Source: Candidatus Thorarchaeota archaeon (GTDB taxonomy: Archaea; Asgardarchaeota; Thorarchaeia; Thorarchaeales; Thorarchaeaceae). Taken from it: a DNA stretch of 29,642 nucleotides. The DNA is taken from contig JBHIAE010000034.1 in NCBI GenBank assembly GCA_046758445.1, forward strand, positions 1 to 29,642, written 5' to 3'. Below the pieces are notes generated by a model that did no database searches, was not told where the DNA came from, and was given only the letters and a program-made list of their open reading frames with translations. A program made the translations under genes and the position numbers. Shown in pieces: positions 1 through 8,761 of this stretch; the stretch's first letter is position 1, and each line of letters begins with the position of its first letter.

Positions 1-1
1 T

Positions 2-469
2 GAGGGTCGAATTGGCGTTGCTGCGGCTGCAACAGAGATTGGGGCTTCTTCTGGAGACGTTGTCGATGCGGCCGAGAAGCTTGCCAAACGCAGACTCCCC
101 CTTGTCTACCTTGACAGAAGATCAAATGAGATTGTGAGTCCGGGAGCGGTGTCGCTTGAAGAGGGTCTCCTGCATCTTCTTCATGCTCAGAGGAGAATGA
201 CATTCGATCAGATTGGTCGCGTCACAAATGCCACGGATGACCAGATAGTTGAGGCGCTTGAGAACCTATCTCAATCTGGCAAGTTTCGAGGAACCATTGA
301 CAAGAACTCCCGGGTAGTATTCACCTCTGAGGCTGTTGAGCAGCTCCCAAAGGCTGTGACTAGATGTCCAGTATGCTCTGGCAAGCTCTCGAACCCTGTG
401 CTTCCTGGCGAGGAAGAAACCTGCGAATACTGCGGACACCTTATAGTAAACCGCCTTGATCTGGATTAG
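2..469 (+). CDS. PCI-like tandem winged-helix protein with C-terminal zinc ribbon (5'-partial)
   Basis: The frame is open from position 2 (EGRIGVAAAATEIG...). RMTFDQIGRVTNATDDQIVEALENLSQSGKFRGTIDKNSRVVF matches the PCI/winged-helix pattern. It is followed by CPVC...CEYC. Confidence 0.6.
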   Translation, partial: EGRIGVAAAATEIGASSGDVVDAAEKLAKRRLPLVYLDRRSNEIVSPGAVSLEEGLLHLLHAQRRMTFDQIGRVTNATDDQIVEALENLSQSGKFRGTIDKNSRVVFTSEAVEQLPKAVTRCPVCSGKLSNPVLPGEEETCEYCGHLIVNRLDLD

Positions 470-480
470 CAGTGAGACGA

Positions 481-1620
481 CTAGGCTATAGTTTTACGGC
501 TATAGACATCCCAGATGTCAACAATCTCGTCGCCGCTTGTTACGTAGTACTCGTCAGAGAGGTTTGCAGTGAGACAAGAGTGGTTGGGAAGTATCCTTAG
601 GTGGTCACCTGGTTTGAGTTTCTTGATTGGTGAGCCTGCTTCCAATTTGACCTTTCCATGTTCCTGAGAGAGACTGGTTATCACTGTTTCCTCAGCATGG
701 TCGCCTTCGTCATAATTCGAGAGAATCTTACCATATCCGCAGTCAGGATAGATATGAGTTGGCCCGGGGTCGTGTGAGAGTGCTGTAGCGCCAGCATCAA
801 TGATCAGCCTGTCCTTGAAGGCGCCAATCACACTGGATAAGACTGTAAGCGCACAACTGTACGACCTACACGTCCCTAGAGCCACCTGTGTATAGTCGTA
901 GAACACATAGTTGCCCGGACGGATTTCGGTTATTCCCTCAGGTATCGTGTCACTAAGCATCATCGTAGGTGTCGAACCTATGCTGACTATCTTGGGAGTG
1001 AGTTTCCGACTCTCCTTCCTCAGCAGCTTGGCAAATCGCAGGACTGCGCCACTCTCCTCAGCGGCAACTTTGCGAATCTCGTTGCGCGATCTTGCAGAGT
1101 AGGAGTGTCCCCCATGGGTGAGAATGCCTGCAAAGCGAAGCTTTCGAGCATTGTGAATCCTCTTGGCAAGGCGAATTGACGAACGTTTCTCAGGGTCAAC
1201 ACCACTTCTATGGTAGTTGCAGTCCACCTTGAGAAGCACATCTAGCTCTAGCTTGCTCTTCTTCAGTCCAAAGATTAGATGTGTGACAGTCGTTGAGTTG
1301 TCGACAAGGACTTTCAGACTAGCCCTGAAAGCAAGCTGTACAATCGCTGGTATCTTGTCAGGGGCCAAAGGAACTGAGAGAGTAATGTCTTTGAATCCGT
1401 TGCGCGCGAAGAACTGTGCCTCTCCAATCGTTGATACTGTTATGCCTAATGCTCCGAAGTTCTTCTGCAGCTCAGCAATCTCTAGACACCTGTGAGTCTT
1501 AATGTGAGGCCGAAGAGCAACTCCGTTGTCCAGAGCCTTTGCTGCCATGAATCTGATGTTCGCTTTCAGTCTGTCATAGTCTACGACAGTTGCAGGAGTC
1601 ACCAGGTCTGAAATCCGCAT
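481..1620 (-). CDS. D-threonine aldolase / D-serine dehydratase (DSD1) family PLP-dependent enzyme, alanine racemase fold
   Basis: RPHIKTH (PLP lysine), HRSGV, SIGSTP, EIRPGNYVFYD, SQEHG and PNHSC motifs. Confidence 0.9.
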   Translation of the reverse strand: MRISDLVTPATVVDYDRLKANIRFMAAKALDNGVALRPHIKTHRCLEIAELQKNFGALGITVSTIGEAQFFARNGFKDITLSVPLAPDKIPAIVQLAFRASLKVLVDNSTTVTHLIFGLKKSKLELDVLLKVDCNYHRSGVDPEKRSSIRLAKRIHNARKLRFAGILTHGGHSYSARSRNEIRKVAAEESGAVLRFAKLLRKESRKLTPKIVSIGSTPTMMLSDTIPEGITEIRPGNYVFYDYTQVALGTCRSYSCALTVLSSVIGAFKDRLIIDAGATALSHDPGPTHIYPDCGYGKILSNYDEGDHAEETVITSLSQEHGKVKLEAGSPIKKLKPGDHLRILPNHSCLTANLSDEYYVTSGDEIVDIWDVYSRKTIA

Positions 1621-1694
1621 GAGTCCACATTGGCGGAGTCCCTAAAAAACGGTTCTTGGTTTGTTATCGAATTCTGGGTGGCTCATCCTACTCT

Positions 1695-3131
1695 CTATGT
1701 TATTCCGCGCTGGTCCCCTCGAATTCGGCGTCGTAGAGTTAATCTGACTTCGTCGAGTTTGCTTCGTGCTCTACTTCTCTTAGGCCAGAAGTTCTTGATT
1801 TCCTCAAAGCCATGAACATCCCAATAGAGGGGACAGGCTCCTGTGCAATACTCGAAGTACTTGCATGGCCTGCAACCTTCAGGTGCAAAGTCCTTTGCTC
1901 GCCAGAACCTTGCTGCTCTGCTGTACCATACCTTCTCAAACCCATCTTCCAAGAGATTCCCTACAGGCACGCTGAAGCTAGAACAGGGCAAGACTCCTCC
2001 CTCTGCATCCACAGACAACAGACCGTCACAGCAGGCACACGACTTTGCACCGAGACCATGAGCAATGGGGTTGAACAGACAGACGGGCGTCGGAGCATAC
2101 CACACAAACTGGATTCCCTTCCTGTTGGCCCTCTTCTTGACGCGCTTCACAACATCACCTATCTCTGAGTAAGTGATCTGAAGCTCATCCCGAAGCTTCG
2201 CAGCAGTACCTGTGTATATCACCATGTTCATACTGAAGTAGCTGAGCTGAAGCTGGTCAGCAAGGAAGTCGACAAGTTCTTCCATGTGTTCTCTGTTCGG
2301 TTGGCAGATAGTGGTGTTGCAATGAGTGTAGATGTCAGTGTCCCTTAGATTCATGATGCCCTGGACTGTCTGATCAAATGCACCCGGGATGCCGACCATG
2401 AAGTCATGGACCTCAGGAGTAGGGCCTTCAATCGATACCTGAGCACTGTTTAGCCCTGCATCCACGAGTTCTTGGACATACTCTCTCTCAGCACATCTTC
2501 GGCCATTTGTAATGAGATTCACTCGAAGACCTCTCTTCCGAGCATACGCAATCAGGTCAAACAGGTCCTTGCGGAGAGTCGGTTCGCCTCCAGTGAACGA
2601 TAAGCTCGGAACATGAGCATCGTCATCAATGATGTCGATGACTCGCTTGACCTCTTCAGTTGTCATTTCGCCAGATTCACGATAAGGTGCATAGGCATAG
2701 CAAAATCGGCATTGGTTGTTACAACGATATGAAATCGCAATCTCACTTAGCACAGGATACTTGATCTCCCCTGTACCGAACGGGACGATATTCGCTGTCT
2801 TATAGGAGTAGACATTCAGATTGCCCATTGTCATGTTCCGAAGGTCGTCGACGAACGCGGCGAGATCATTCACTACAACCTGTTCAGTGGCACCGAAGTC
2901 TTCCACAAAGTGTCCTACCACATCTGTTGGAGAGGAACCATCTAGAAGCATTGTGAGCATTATGACTCCAGTCTCATTGAGATGCATGACTTTGTTTGGA
3001 CGGAGAATGAGCAGGTTATCTTCGGGTCGAACGAAGAAGAACTCCTTCACATCCTCGATGAAGGTGCCTACCCAACTCAGTTCCTCAATACTGTAGTCAT
3101 AGTGTGGATGTGGCATCGTTCTTGTTTTCAT
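1695..3131 (-). CDS. Radical SAM/SPASM peptide or protein maturase with N-terminal PqqD-like RiPP recognition element (RRE)
   Basis: N-terminal LNETG...helix-helix-helix PqqD pattern. CNNQCRFC (CxxxCxxC), FTGGEPTLR, ITNG and QVSIEG. SPASM cysteines CACC..PC..GNL..CRPC...CTGACP. The start could alternatively be ATG 3116. Confidence 0.9.
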   Translation of the reverse strand: MKTRTMPHPHYDYSIEELSWVGTFIEDVKEFFFVRPEDNLLILRPNKVMHLNETGVIMLTMLLDGSSPTDVVGHFVEDFGATEQVVVNDLAAFVDDLRNMTMGNLNVYSYKTANIVPFGTGEIKYPVLSEIAISYRCNNQCRFCYAYAPYRESGEMTTEEVKRVIDIIDDDAHVPSLSFTGGEPTLRKDLFDLIAYARKRGLRVNLITNGRRCAEREYVQELVDAGLNSAQVSIEGPTPEVHDFMVGIPGAFDQTVQGIMNLRDTDIYTHCNTTICQPNREHMEELVDFLADQLQLSYFSMNMVIYTGTAAKLRDELQITYSEIGDVVKRVKKRANRKGIQFVWYAPTPVCLFNPIAHGLGAKSCACCDGLLSVDAEGGVLPCSSFSVPVGNLLEDGFEKVWYSRAARFWRAKDFAPEGCRPCKYFEYCTGACPLYWDVHGFEEIKNFWPKRSRARSKLDEVRLTLRRRIRGDQRGIT

Positions 3132-3242
3132 CGAGTCTGTAATCTTAAGGGTTCGCGTATAGCTCGACAGTCTAGGCTAGCTGAAAGGCTTATCTACATC
3201 CAAGTTCGAATAGGCCCAGTGCACCATCAAGGAGTGTAATGA

Positions 3243-3638
3243 ATGAGTTCTAGCGAAATCACGCTGCCATATGGAACGATAAGCAAGAAGAAGCTAATCA
3301 TGCACTTCAGCGCGTTCGATATCGACCTTCCAGTAATTGCAGCCGGAATCAGGGAGCGAATGGATGTTCTGCGGGAACTCGACGTCGCCTTTGCGGGTTT
3401 TGGAACTGAGGTTCCAGAGGACATGACAGAACAAACTCCAGCCACAGTGAAGTGCTTCTTCGAGTACCTCGGAAAACAAGTTGACTCCTTTCTAGTACTG
3501 AAGAGAGTCTACCATCTCGTTTGGGGAGGGATGATTCAGGAGTTCCCAGATTTTGAGGAGTGGGCCGCTGCGAAGGCAGACCTGTCTTCCCTTACCATCG
3601 CCCAGGCGGATGTCATCCGAGCAAGAAGAGGAGAATAG
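3243..3638 (+). CDS. Hypothetical protein (131 aa), first gene of the cluster divergent from the radical SAM gene
   Basis: Clean ORF with GGAG RBS about 8 nt upstream and a plausible alpha/beta composition. No family recognised. Confidence 0.7.
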   Translation: MSSSEITLPYGTISKKKLIMHFSAFDIDLPVIAAGIRERMDVLRELDVAFAGFGTEVPEDMTEQTPATVKCFFEYLGKQVDSFLVLKRVYHLVWGGMIQEFPDFEEWAAAKADLSSLTIAQADVIRARRGE

Positions 3639-3678
3639 CATTAGGGATCAATATGAGAGAAGGATACGAAGTGTCACG

Positions 3679-5808
3679 GTGGGAATCCAACGCTTGAGAC
3701 GAGGACTGAAGCTTGCCGCCTTCATCGCAGTCGTCCTACTTGTTGCAGTGCCTGTAAGGGCCGACTTCACACCAAGTCAAGCTCCGGATGTGAACCTTGA
3801 CAGTATCTATGTTGATGTTGTTGTTTTGCCAAACGGACGCATCAATGTCACATACTGGATCACAATATCTGTATTGGATGGCTCTCTAGGAGGCTTTGAT
3901 CTTCTGGGAATCCAAGAGAGCACCATCTATGACTCTAACAGGGCATATGCAGAAGTTGGAGGGAATCAGTATAGTCTCATTGTAGGTACTCGCTCCAATG
4001 GTTATGCACTAGACTGGACTCCAAGGACTCAAACTGGAGAAACTGTCACTGTAGTATTTGGGTACTTCAGTACCAACCGTGTCATAGAGAGGACCCTGGA
4101 CCTCGGAGTCTTCCACTGGGCTCCAGTTCAGTGGAAGGTGCCTGTTGACTATGAGAGTGTTAGAGTAATCTACCCGATTGTGATGCAACCTTCTTGGATT
4201 ACCGGAGAGAGTGGGATAACACAAGAAGGTGCTGACTTCGCCGGCTACAACGTTTCAACTGATCAGGGTCTCTGGGACAATCAAGGAGGGCAATTCGCTT
4301 TCGACGAGGAGAACTTGCTCGCCTATCCAACATCTCCGTCGGCTACTCCCAGAAATTTCAGTGTGAGCCTTGCTCACAACAACCTAGATCCTTTCGATCA
4401 TTTCAGAGTCTTTCACTTCACAAATTGGAGCTTCTACGCTCCCTATCTGCTACCGGGATCTCTAGGATACAGCACTGAGGAGAACATCAATGTAGACGCG
4501 AACGTCGAGTTCAGCATAGACCTGAACGTGTTCAACTTCGGTGATGCGCCACTGGATGACGTCACAGCATCAATGTCCGTGCCTGAGAATCTCACATTGA
4601 CATCGGGTCAGGTCGTTACATATGTCGGGACACTTGATGGAGGGGAGAATTCGGCTTTGACCTTCAATTTCGTTCCAGACAACATCCCCGAGATTCTACC
4701 AGTCACATTCCAAGTAACAGCATCCAATCTCAATGCAAGCGAATGGATCACTTTCACAGTCAATGTATTCGTTCGAGAATTCATCCCTCCGCTGATACCG
4801 CCAAATGTGTTGATTCTTAGCTTCGCTGGAATCGCGGCCGTGGGCATTGTATACGTCGGCTATAGAAGAACAACCAGGCGATATGGAGCCAAGTGGAAAG
4901 CTGATGAAACCACATCCGTCTATCAAAGCCCTGAGATTTCAATCCAGACCTTCGGCACTCCCGGAACAGTGGCTGAGCTGGATCCCGTCGAGAGCGCATT
5001 CTTTGTCAACACAAGCCGAAAAGACATCGTATCTATGATTCTCATGTCATGTGTGCGAAAGGGAGCAGTCCGAGTCATCTCGGGGGACCCATTGCGTCTA
5101 TCAGTTACGGGACTGAAGTTTGAAGATCTGACTTACTATGAGGAGCTGTTTGTTGAATCAATTGACAACAATGAACTAGACCAAGACAAAATCGACGACA
5201 TGTTGGAGGAGCTCGCTCAAAGGGTACAAGACAAATCTTGGGATGCAGACTTTGAGGCTACCAAAACCAACCATGACGAGATGGTGAATGGTGCTTGGGA
5301 TGAACTCGAGAGCCACCCAAGTCTTGATGGTCGAGTCGACTACTACTTCAACAGACACTACCACGATACTTGGGCTTGGTACTGGTTGTTTATGCACCCC
5401 CGGCATCACTATCATGTTGGAAGAGCATTCACACCTCCCGGCGGGACTATAGCACCTCCAAGAATTCCAGATTGGTTTGGGCAGATGGCTGAGGCAACTG
5501 GTCATGCGATTGGCGAAGTGGGAAGAGTTGTCGGAGATGTTGCATCGACCACGGCACAGATCATGTCGAACGTGACGGATACGATTGGCAGTGTGCTCGA
5601 AGGAGTTGGAAACATCATTCGCGAACCGTTGAAACCTATCATCGAAGGGACCAGCCGTTGTGTGTCCCATGATGCTTGCCATTCAGCTTGTGTTTCACAT
5701 GATGCCTGCCACAGCGCTTGTCACAGCGCTTGTCATAGTGCGTGCGTATGCCATAGTGCTTGTCATGCTGCATGTCACTCAGCTTGTGTATCGGGTGGAT
5801 TCAGATAG
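3679..5808 (+). CDS. DUF2207-like single-pass membrane protein with Ig/CARDB-like domain and C-terminal Cys/His-rich (CHSA)n tail
   Basis: Start moved to GTG 3679 (or TTG 3694) to avoid overlap with the upstream ORF. Signal peptide RRGLKLAAFIAVVLLVAVPVRA. DUF2207-like VDVVVLPNGRINVTYWIT. Ig-like NFGDAPLDDVTASMSVP. TM helix near 4804-4863. Cytoplasmic LDPVESAF..LMSCVRKGAV..LTYYE. Tail CVSHDACHSAC...CVSGGFR. Confidence 0.8.
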   Translation: MGIQRLRRGLKLAAFIAVVLLVAVPVRADFTPSQAPDVNLDSIYVDVVVLPNGRINVTYWITISVLDGSLGGFDLLGIQESTIYDSNRAYAEVGGNQYSLIVGTRSNGYALDWTPRTQTGETVTVVFGYFSTNRVIERTLDLGVFHWAPVQWKVPVDYESVRVIYPIVMQPSWITGESGITQEGADFAGYNVSTDQGLWDNQGGQFAFDEENLLAYPTSPSATPRNFSVSLAHNNLDPFDHFRVFHFTNWSFYAPYLLPGSLGYSTEENINVDANVEFSIDLNVFNFGDAPLDDVTASMSVPENLTLTSGQVVTYVGTLDGGENSALTFNFVPDNIPEILPVTFQVTASNLNASEWITFTVNVFVREFIPPLIPPNVLILSFAGIAAVGIVYVGYRRTTRRYGAKWKADETTSVYQSPEISIQTFGTPGTVAELDPVESAFFVNTSRKDIVSMILMSCVRKGAVRVISGDPLRLSVTGLKFEDLTYYEELFVESIDNNELDQDKIDDMLEELAQRVQDKSWDADFEATKTNHDEMVNGAWDELESHPSLDGRVDYYFNRHYHDTWAWYWLFMHPRHHYHVGRAFTPPGGTIAPPRIPDWFGQMAEATGHAIGEVGRVVGDVASTTAQIMSNVTDTIGSVLEGVGNIIREPLKPIIEGTSRCVSHDACHSACVSHDACHSACHSACHSACVCHSACHAACHSACVSGGFR
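5659..5805 (+). repeat. Protein-level Cys/His repeat (CHSA / CVSHDA units)
   Basis: The 49 codons encode 11 Cys and 9 His. Synonymous codons differ between repeat units. Confidence 0.9.
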
Positions 5809-5874
5809 GATTCTGAAGCCTAAGCATTCTGCTTGATTTCGGAATGCTATTTAACATAAATCTCAGCCAACAGA

Positions 5875-7104
5875 GTGATTGAAATGTCCGTGGAAGAGAG
5901 ATTCGTACGTTTCTGCGGTGAGCTTGGCAACTTCTGCGAGAGAGTCACCGGGACCAGCCTGATTGATGCCTATTTCGGTCCTGACGAGTTGGTTCCTTCT
6001 AGGCAACGGAAGGACTCAATGCCAGAGGCCTTGCTACGAGAGCTGGATGTAATTCGAGACCTCATATCAGATCAGATTAGTGAGAGAATCCGGCAGGATT
6101 TCATGCTGAGTGACATCAAGTCGCTCCGAACGACTCTGCTTTGGTTGTCCGGCCATGAGATACCCTATGTCGACCTTGTTGAAGGTCTCTTTCACGTAGA
6201 GCCCAGAGCATTCGCCGAGTCTGACGTTGAGGCAGCTCGACAGCGAGTGGAAGATGCTTTCTCAACTTTTCCGGGTGAAGACACTCAAGACCGTGTGACT
6301 AGGTTCCGAACAGTAGGAGAGATTATAGGGCCCCAGGCTAAAGAGTTCATAGAGGTTGAACTTCAGAGAGAGAGTGTCGAAATCGGCCGGATGTTCAAGA
6401 CCAAGATCTACGATGTCATTGGGGAGTCGGTGACAGACAACGGTATAAGCTATGAGGCCGTCAGAGGTAAGCCGTGGGGTGCATACAACTGGTACAAGGG
6501 CAACTATCGTTCCGTGAACCAGTTCAATATCGACCGTCCTATCAACAGGAACACGGTAAACGCCGCAGTCTATCATGAATATGAACACCATGTGTCCCTT
6601 CTTTGGAGGGAGAAGGCATACTTGGAGCGCGGTTGGACTGATCTCTCTGTTGTTCTACTCCACACTGGCCGCTCCATTATAGCTGAAGGGACCGCTGACA
6701 CGGCTGCTGACTTCCTAGGAGTTGGAAGAGGGACACGTGAGGGGACCGCGGTCAGAGCGATGACTGATCTCTTCCGAATACTCAGCATCAATGCAGCAAT
6801 GATGATGAATCAAGAAGAGGTGCCCTTTGACGAGGCAGTAGAATACGCCATCGAGCGCAGCTTCAGTCCACGTGAAAGTCTAGAGGGGGCTTTGGGTTTC
6901 ATGACTCCAAAGACGCCTAGCGGCAGCCCCAACTTCTTTTCTCCGTATGTTTTCGCGTATTTTATCGGCCGGAACGAATTCGTGTATCCCGCATTCGCCA
7001 AGGCTAAGGAAAGGAACATGCTGTCCAAGTTCTACAGAACAGCCTACCTCAATCCGTATGTAGGACATAGCGCGACCTGGCGTGACGCATTTGATTGGCT
7101 ATGA
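5875..7104 (+). CDS. HExxH zinc metallopeptidase-like protein (gluzincin / DUF885-like)
   Basis: YHEYEHH followed about 30 aa later by IAEGTA (third-ligand Glu). WGAYNWYKG and YVFAYFIG segments resemble DUF885-like proteins. The start could be ATG 5884. Confidence 0.65.
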   Translation: MIEMSVEERFVRFCGELGNFCERVTGTSLIDAYFGPDELVPSRQRKDSMPEALLRELDVIRDLISDQISERIRQDFMLSDIKSLRTTLLWLSGHEIPYVDLVEGLFHVEPRAFAESDVEAARQRVEDAFSTFPGEDTQDRVTRFRTVGEIIGPQAKEFIEVELQRESVEIGRMFKTKIYDVIGESVTDNGISYEAVRGKPWGAYNWYKGNYRSVNQFNIDRPINRNTVNAAVYHEYEHHVSLLWREKAYLERGWTDLSVVLLHTGRSIIAEGTADTAADFLGVGRGTREGTAVRAMTDLFRILSINAAMMMNQEEVPFDEAVEYAIERSFSPRESLEGALGFMTPKTPSGSPNFFSPYVFAYFIGRNEFVYPAFAKAKERNMLSKFYRTAYLNPYVGHSATWRDAFDWL

Positions 7105-7210
7105 GCAAAGACGTGGTCCGATGCATTGCTTCCCCATACCGGATATTCCGGCGAGAGTGAAACAAAAGGGAAATGTGTGATGACCTTTTCGGCACCACAC
7201 ACTGTGGTTG

Positions 7211-8620
7211 TTATTCACCACTACCTTGAGCTGCAGAGTATGCTCTGTCAAGCTCTCTTTCCATCGGGGCTGGAATTGCACTTTTCCCTGTGACGTCCCC
7301 TTCCTTTCTCCGAATGAAGACATAGAGCAATGTGACATACACGATGTCAAAGGTCCTCAATACAAGAGTGACTGGGATGCCTGCTAGGACTGCAAATACT
7401 ACTGCCAAGATGATTGTCATGATGAGGTCGCCGGCGAACGCCACCCAACCTATGACCGCCCCGCCCAGAGCGAACGCGAGGAAGAACGTGACAGCAAGGA
7501 CGCCAAAAGCCCATCTCACCGCTGTTTCCTTGATAAGTACGTCAACGAAGTTGTTCCTCACAAGGCCAATGCTTCTTTTGATACCATCCTTTGCACCTAG
7601 CTCTTCCGCAACCATCGCTGGGATCGTGAAGTAGTTGACCAATGCCCATATCCAGCCAATTATCCCGCCTGCGGCCCTGCCGACTGCCTCACCACCGGAG
7701 CCTCCGACCTCTCTGCCCACGCGCTGCAGAATGAGCCTGACGATTACTATGATCACGCTCAATATGCTGAGAACAATGATGCCAGTGATGACACCCAGAG
7801 ATGATCTGACTCCGTCTCCCAAGTCCGGGTCTCGTCCTCGCATGTAGATGTAGACTATTGCTGACGAAGTCCCGTAGGCAAAGTTGTAGAAGAAGATGGT
7901 CGCGAACAAGTATAGGACAATGCCGATTCCGGCCGCCCAACCATTCTCGAGAGTGAGTGAGTAGCCACCGCTTCCTGCAAAGACATCTAATGCGTGACCT
8001 CCCGAAAGGACATCCACTGAGTAGAAGGCGATTCCGCCGAACATCACAGCTGAAATCAGAGTGAAGAACATGACTAGGACCGGGGGCACGAACACTCCTT
8101 TCTCATCCAGACACACTTGACCCGTAAGCTTCACAATCTCCCCCGCACGGCGAATCCTCTCCCTAAACACCGTGAACAACAGGAGCGTGAGAAATAGGGT
8201 GAACACACCAGGGATCAGAACTTGCCAAACCAATGGTCCTCCGAAGATCAGCATAATAACGGGGATTGCCCAGGTCATCAGGTTCATGAAGAACGCTCCA
8301 ATGTAGATGAGCGTCCCACCTAGCCTCTTCGCGAGAACTGAAGCCCCCCACGCTACAAAAACGCTCAGAAGTATCAGCCCAGCTAGTATAGCACCGATCG
8401 CTATGGCCGCATCTGTTGGTGAGATTACCAAGCTAATAACACTCAAGATATCATTGATGAAAGCCATCACTTGTGTACCATACTGATTCCATAGATTCCA
8501 TAAGGAAAAGACACCTGCAGCGAGAAATGCACCCAGCACGATTACGACTCCCGCCACAGCCATTCCGTGGCCTGGGTACTGTTTCTCATCATGATAATTG
8601 ATGATGTCAGTACGTGACAA
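7211..8620 (-). CDS. Polytopic membrane protein, choline-transporter-like (CTL/SLC44) or DUF6159-like
   Basis: About 9-10 hydrophobic helices. RERIRRAGEIVKL after a TM, and WALVNYFTIPAMVAEELGAKDGIKRSIGL. TTG start with GGAGG RBS. Confidence 0.6.
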   Translation of the reverse strand: MSRTDIINYHDEKQYPGHGMAVAGVVIVLGAFLAAGVFSLWNLWNQYGTQVMAFINDILSVISLVISPTDAAIAIGAILAGLILLSVFVAWGASVLAKRLGGTLIYIGAFFMNLMTWAIPVIMLIFGGPLVWQVLIPGVFTLFLTLLLFTVFRERIRRAGEIVKLTGQVCLDEKGVFVPPVLVMFFTLISAVMFGGIAFYSVDVLSGGHALDVFAGSGGYSLTLENGWAAGIGIVLYLFATIFFYNFAYGTSSAIVYIYMRGRDPDLGDGVRSSLGVITGIIVLSILSVIIVIVRLILQRVGREVGGSGGEAVGRAAGGIIGWIWALVNYFTIPAMVAEELGAKDGIKRSIGLVRNNFVDVLIKETAVRWAFGVLAVTFFLAFALGGAVIGWVAFAGDLIMTIILAVVFAVLAGIPVTLVLRTFDIVYVTLLYVFIRRKEGDVTGKSAIPAPMERELDRAYSAAQGSGE

Positions 8621-8761
8621 ACATATTCTCCTCCATTCAACGAGTTAAAATTCATGTCAGTTCAACCATCCTGTACAGTTAAATGTTGGGAGGCACAGAA
8701 GCGCCTCGTTGCACTCAACCATTTCACCTATAGATACGTATTTCAAAGAAGTAGCGAGAGT

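Noticed and set aside
3553-3678. ORF-track start of the 751-aa protein
   Set aside because: It overlaps the upstream gene and buries the signal peptide. GTG 3679 or TTG 3694 fits better.
5659-5805. Cys tail as a multiheme cytochrome c or as a CRISPR-like DNA repeat
   Set aside because: The motifs are CxxxCH/CxCH and overlap each other, rather than being CxxCH. The tail is predicted to be cytoplasmic. The DNA units are degenerate, in frame and lack spacers.
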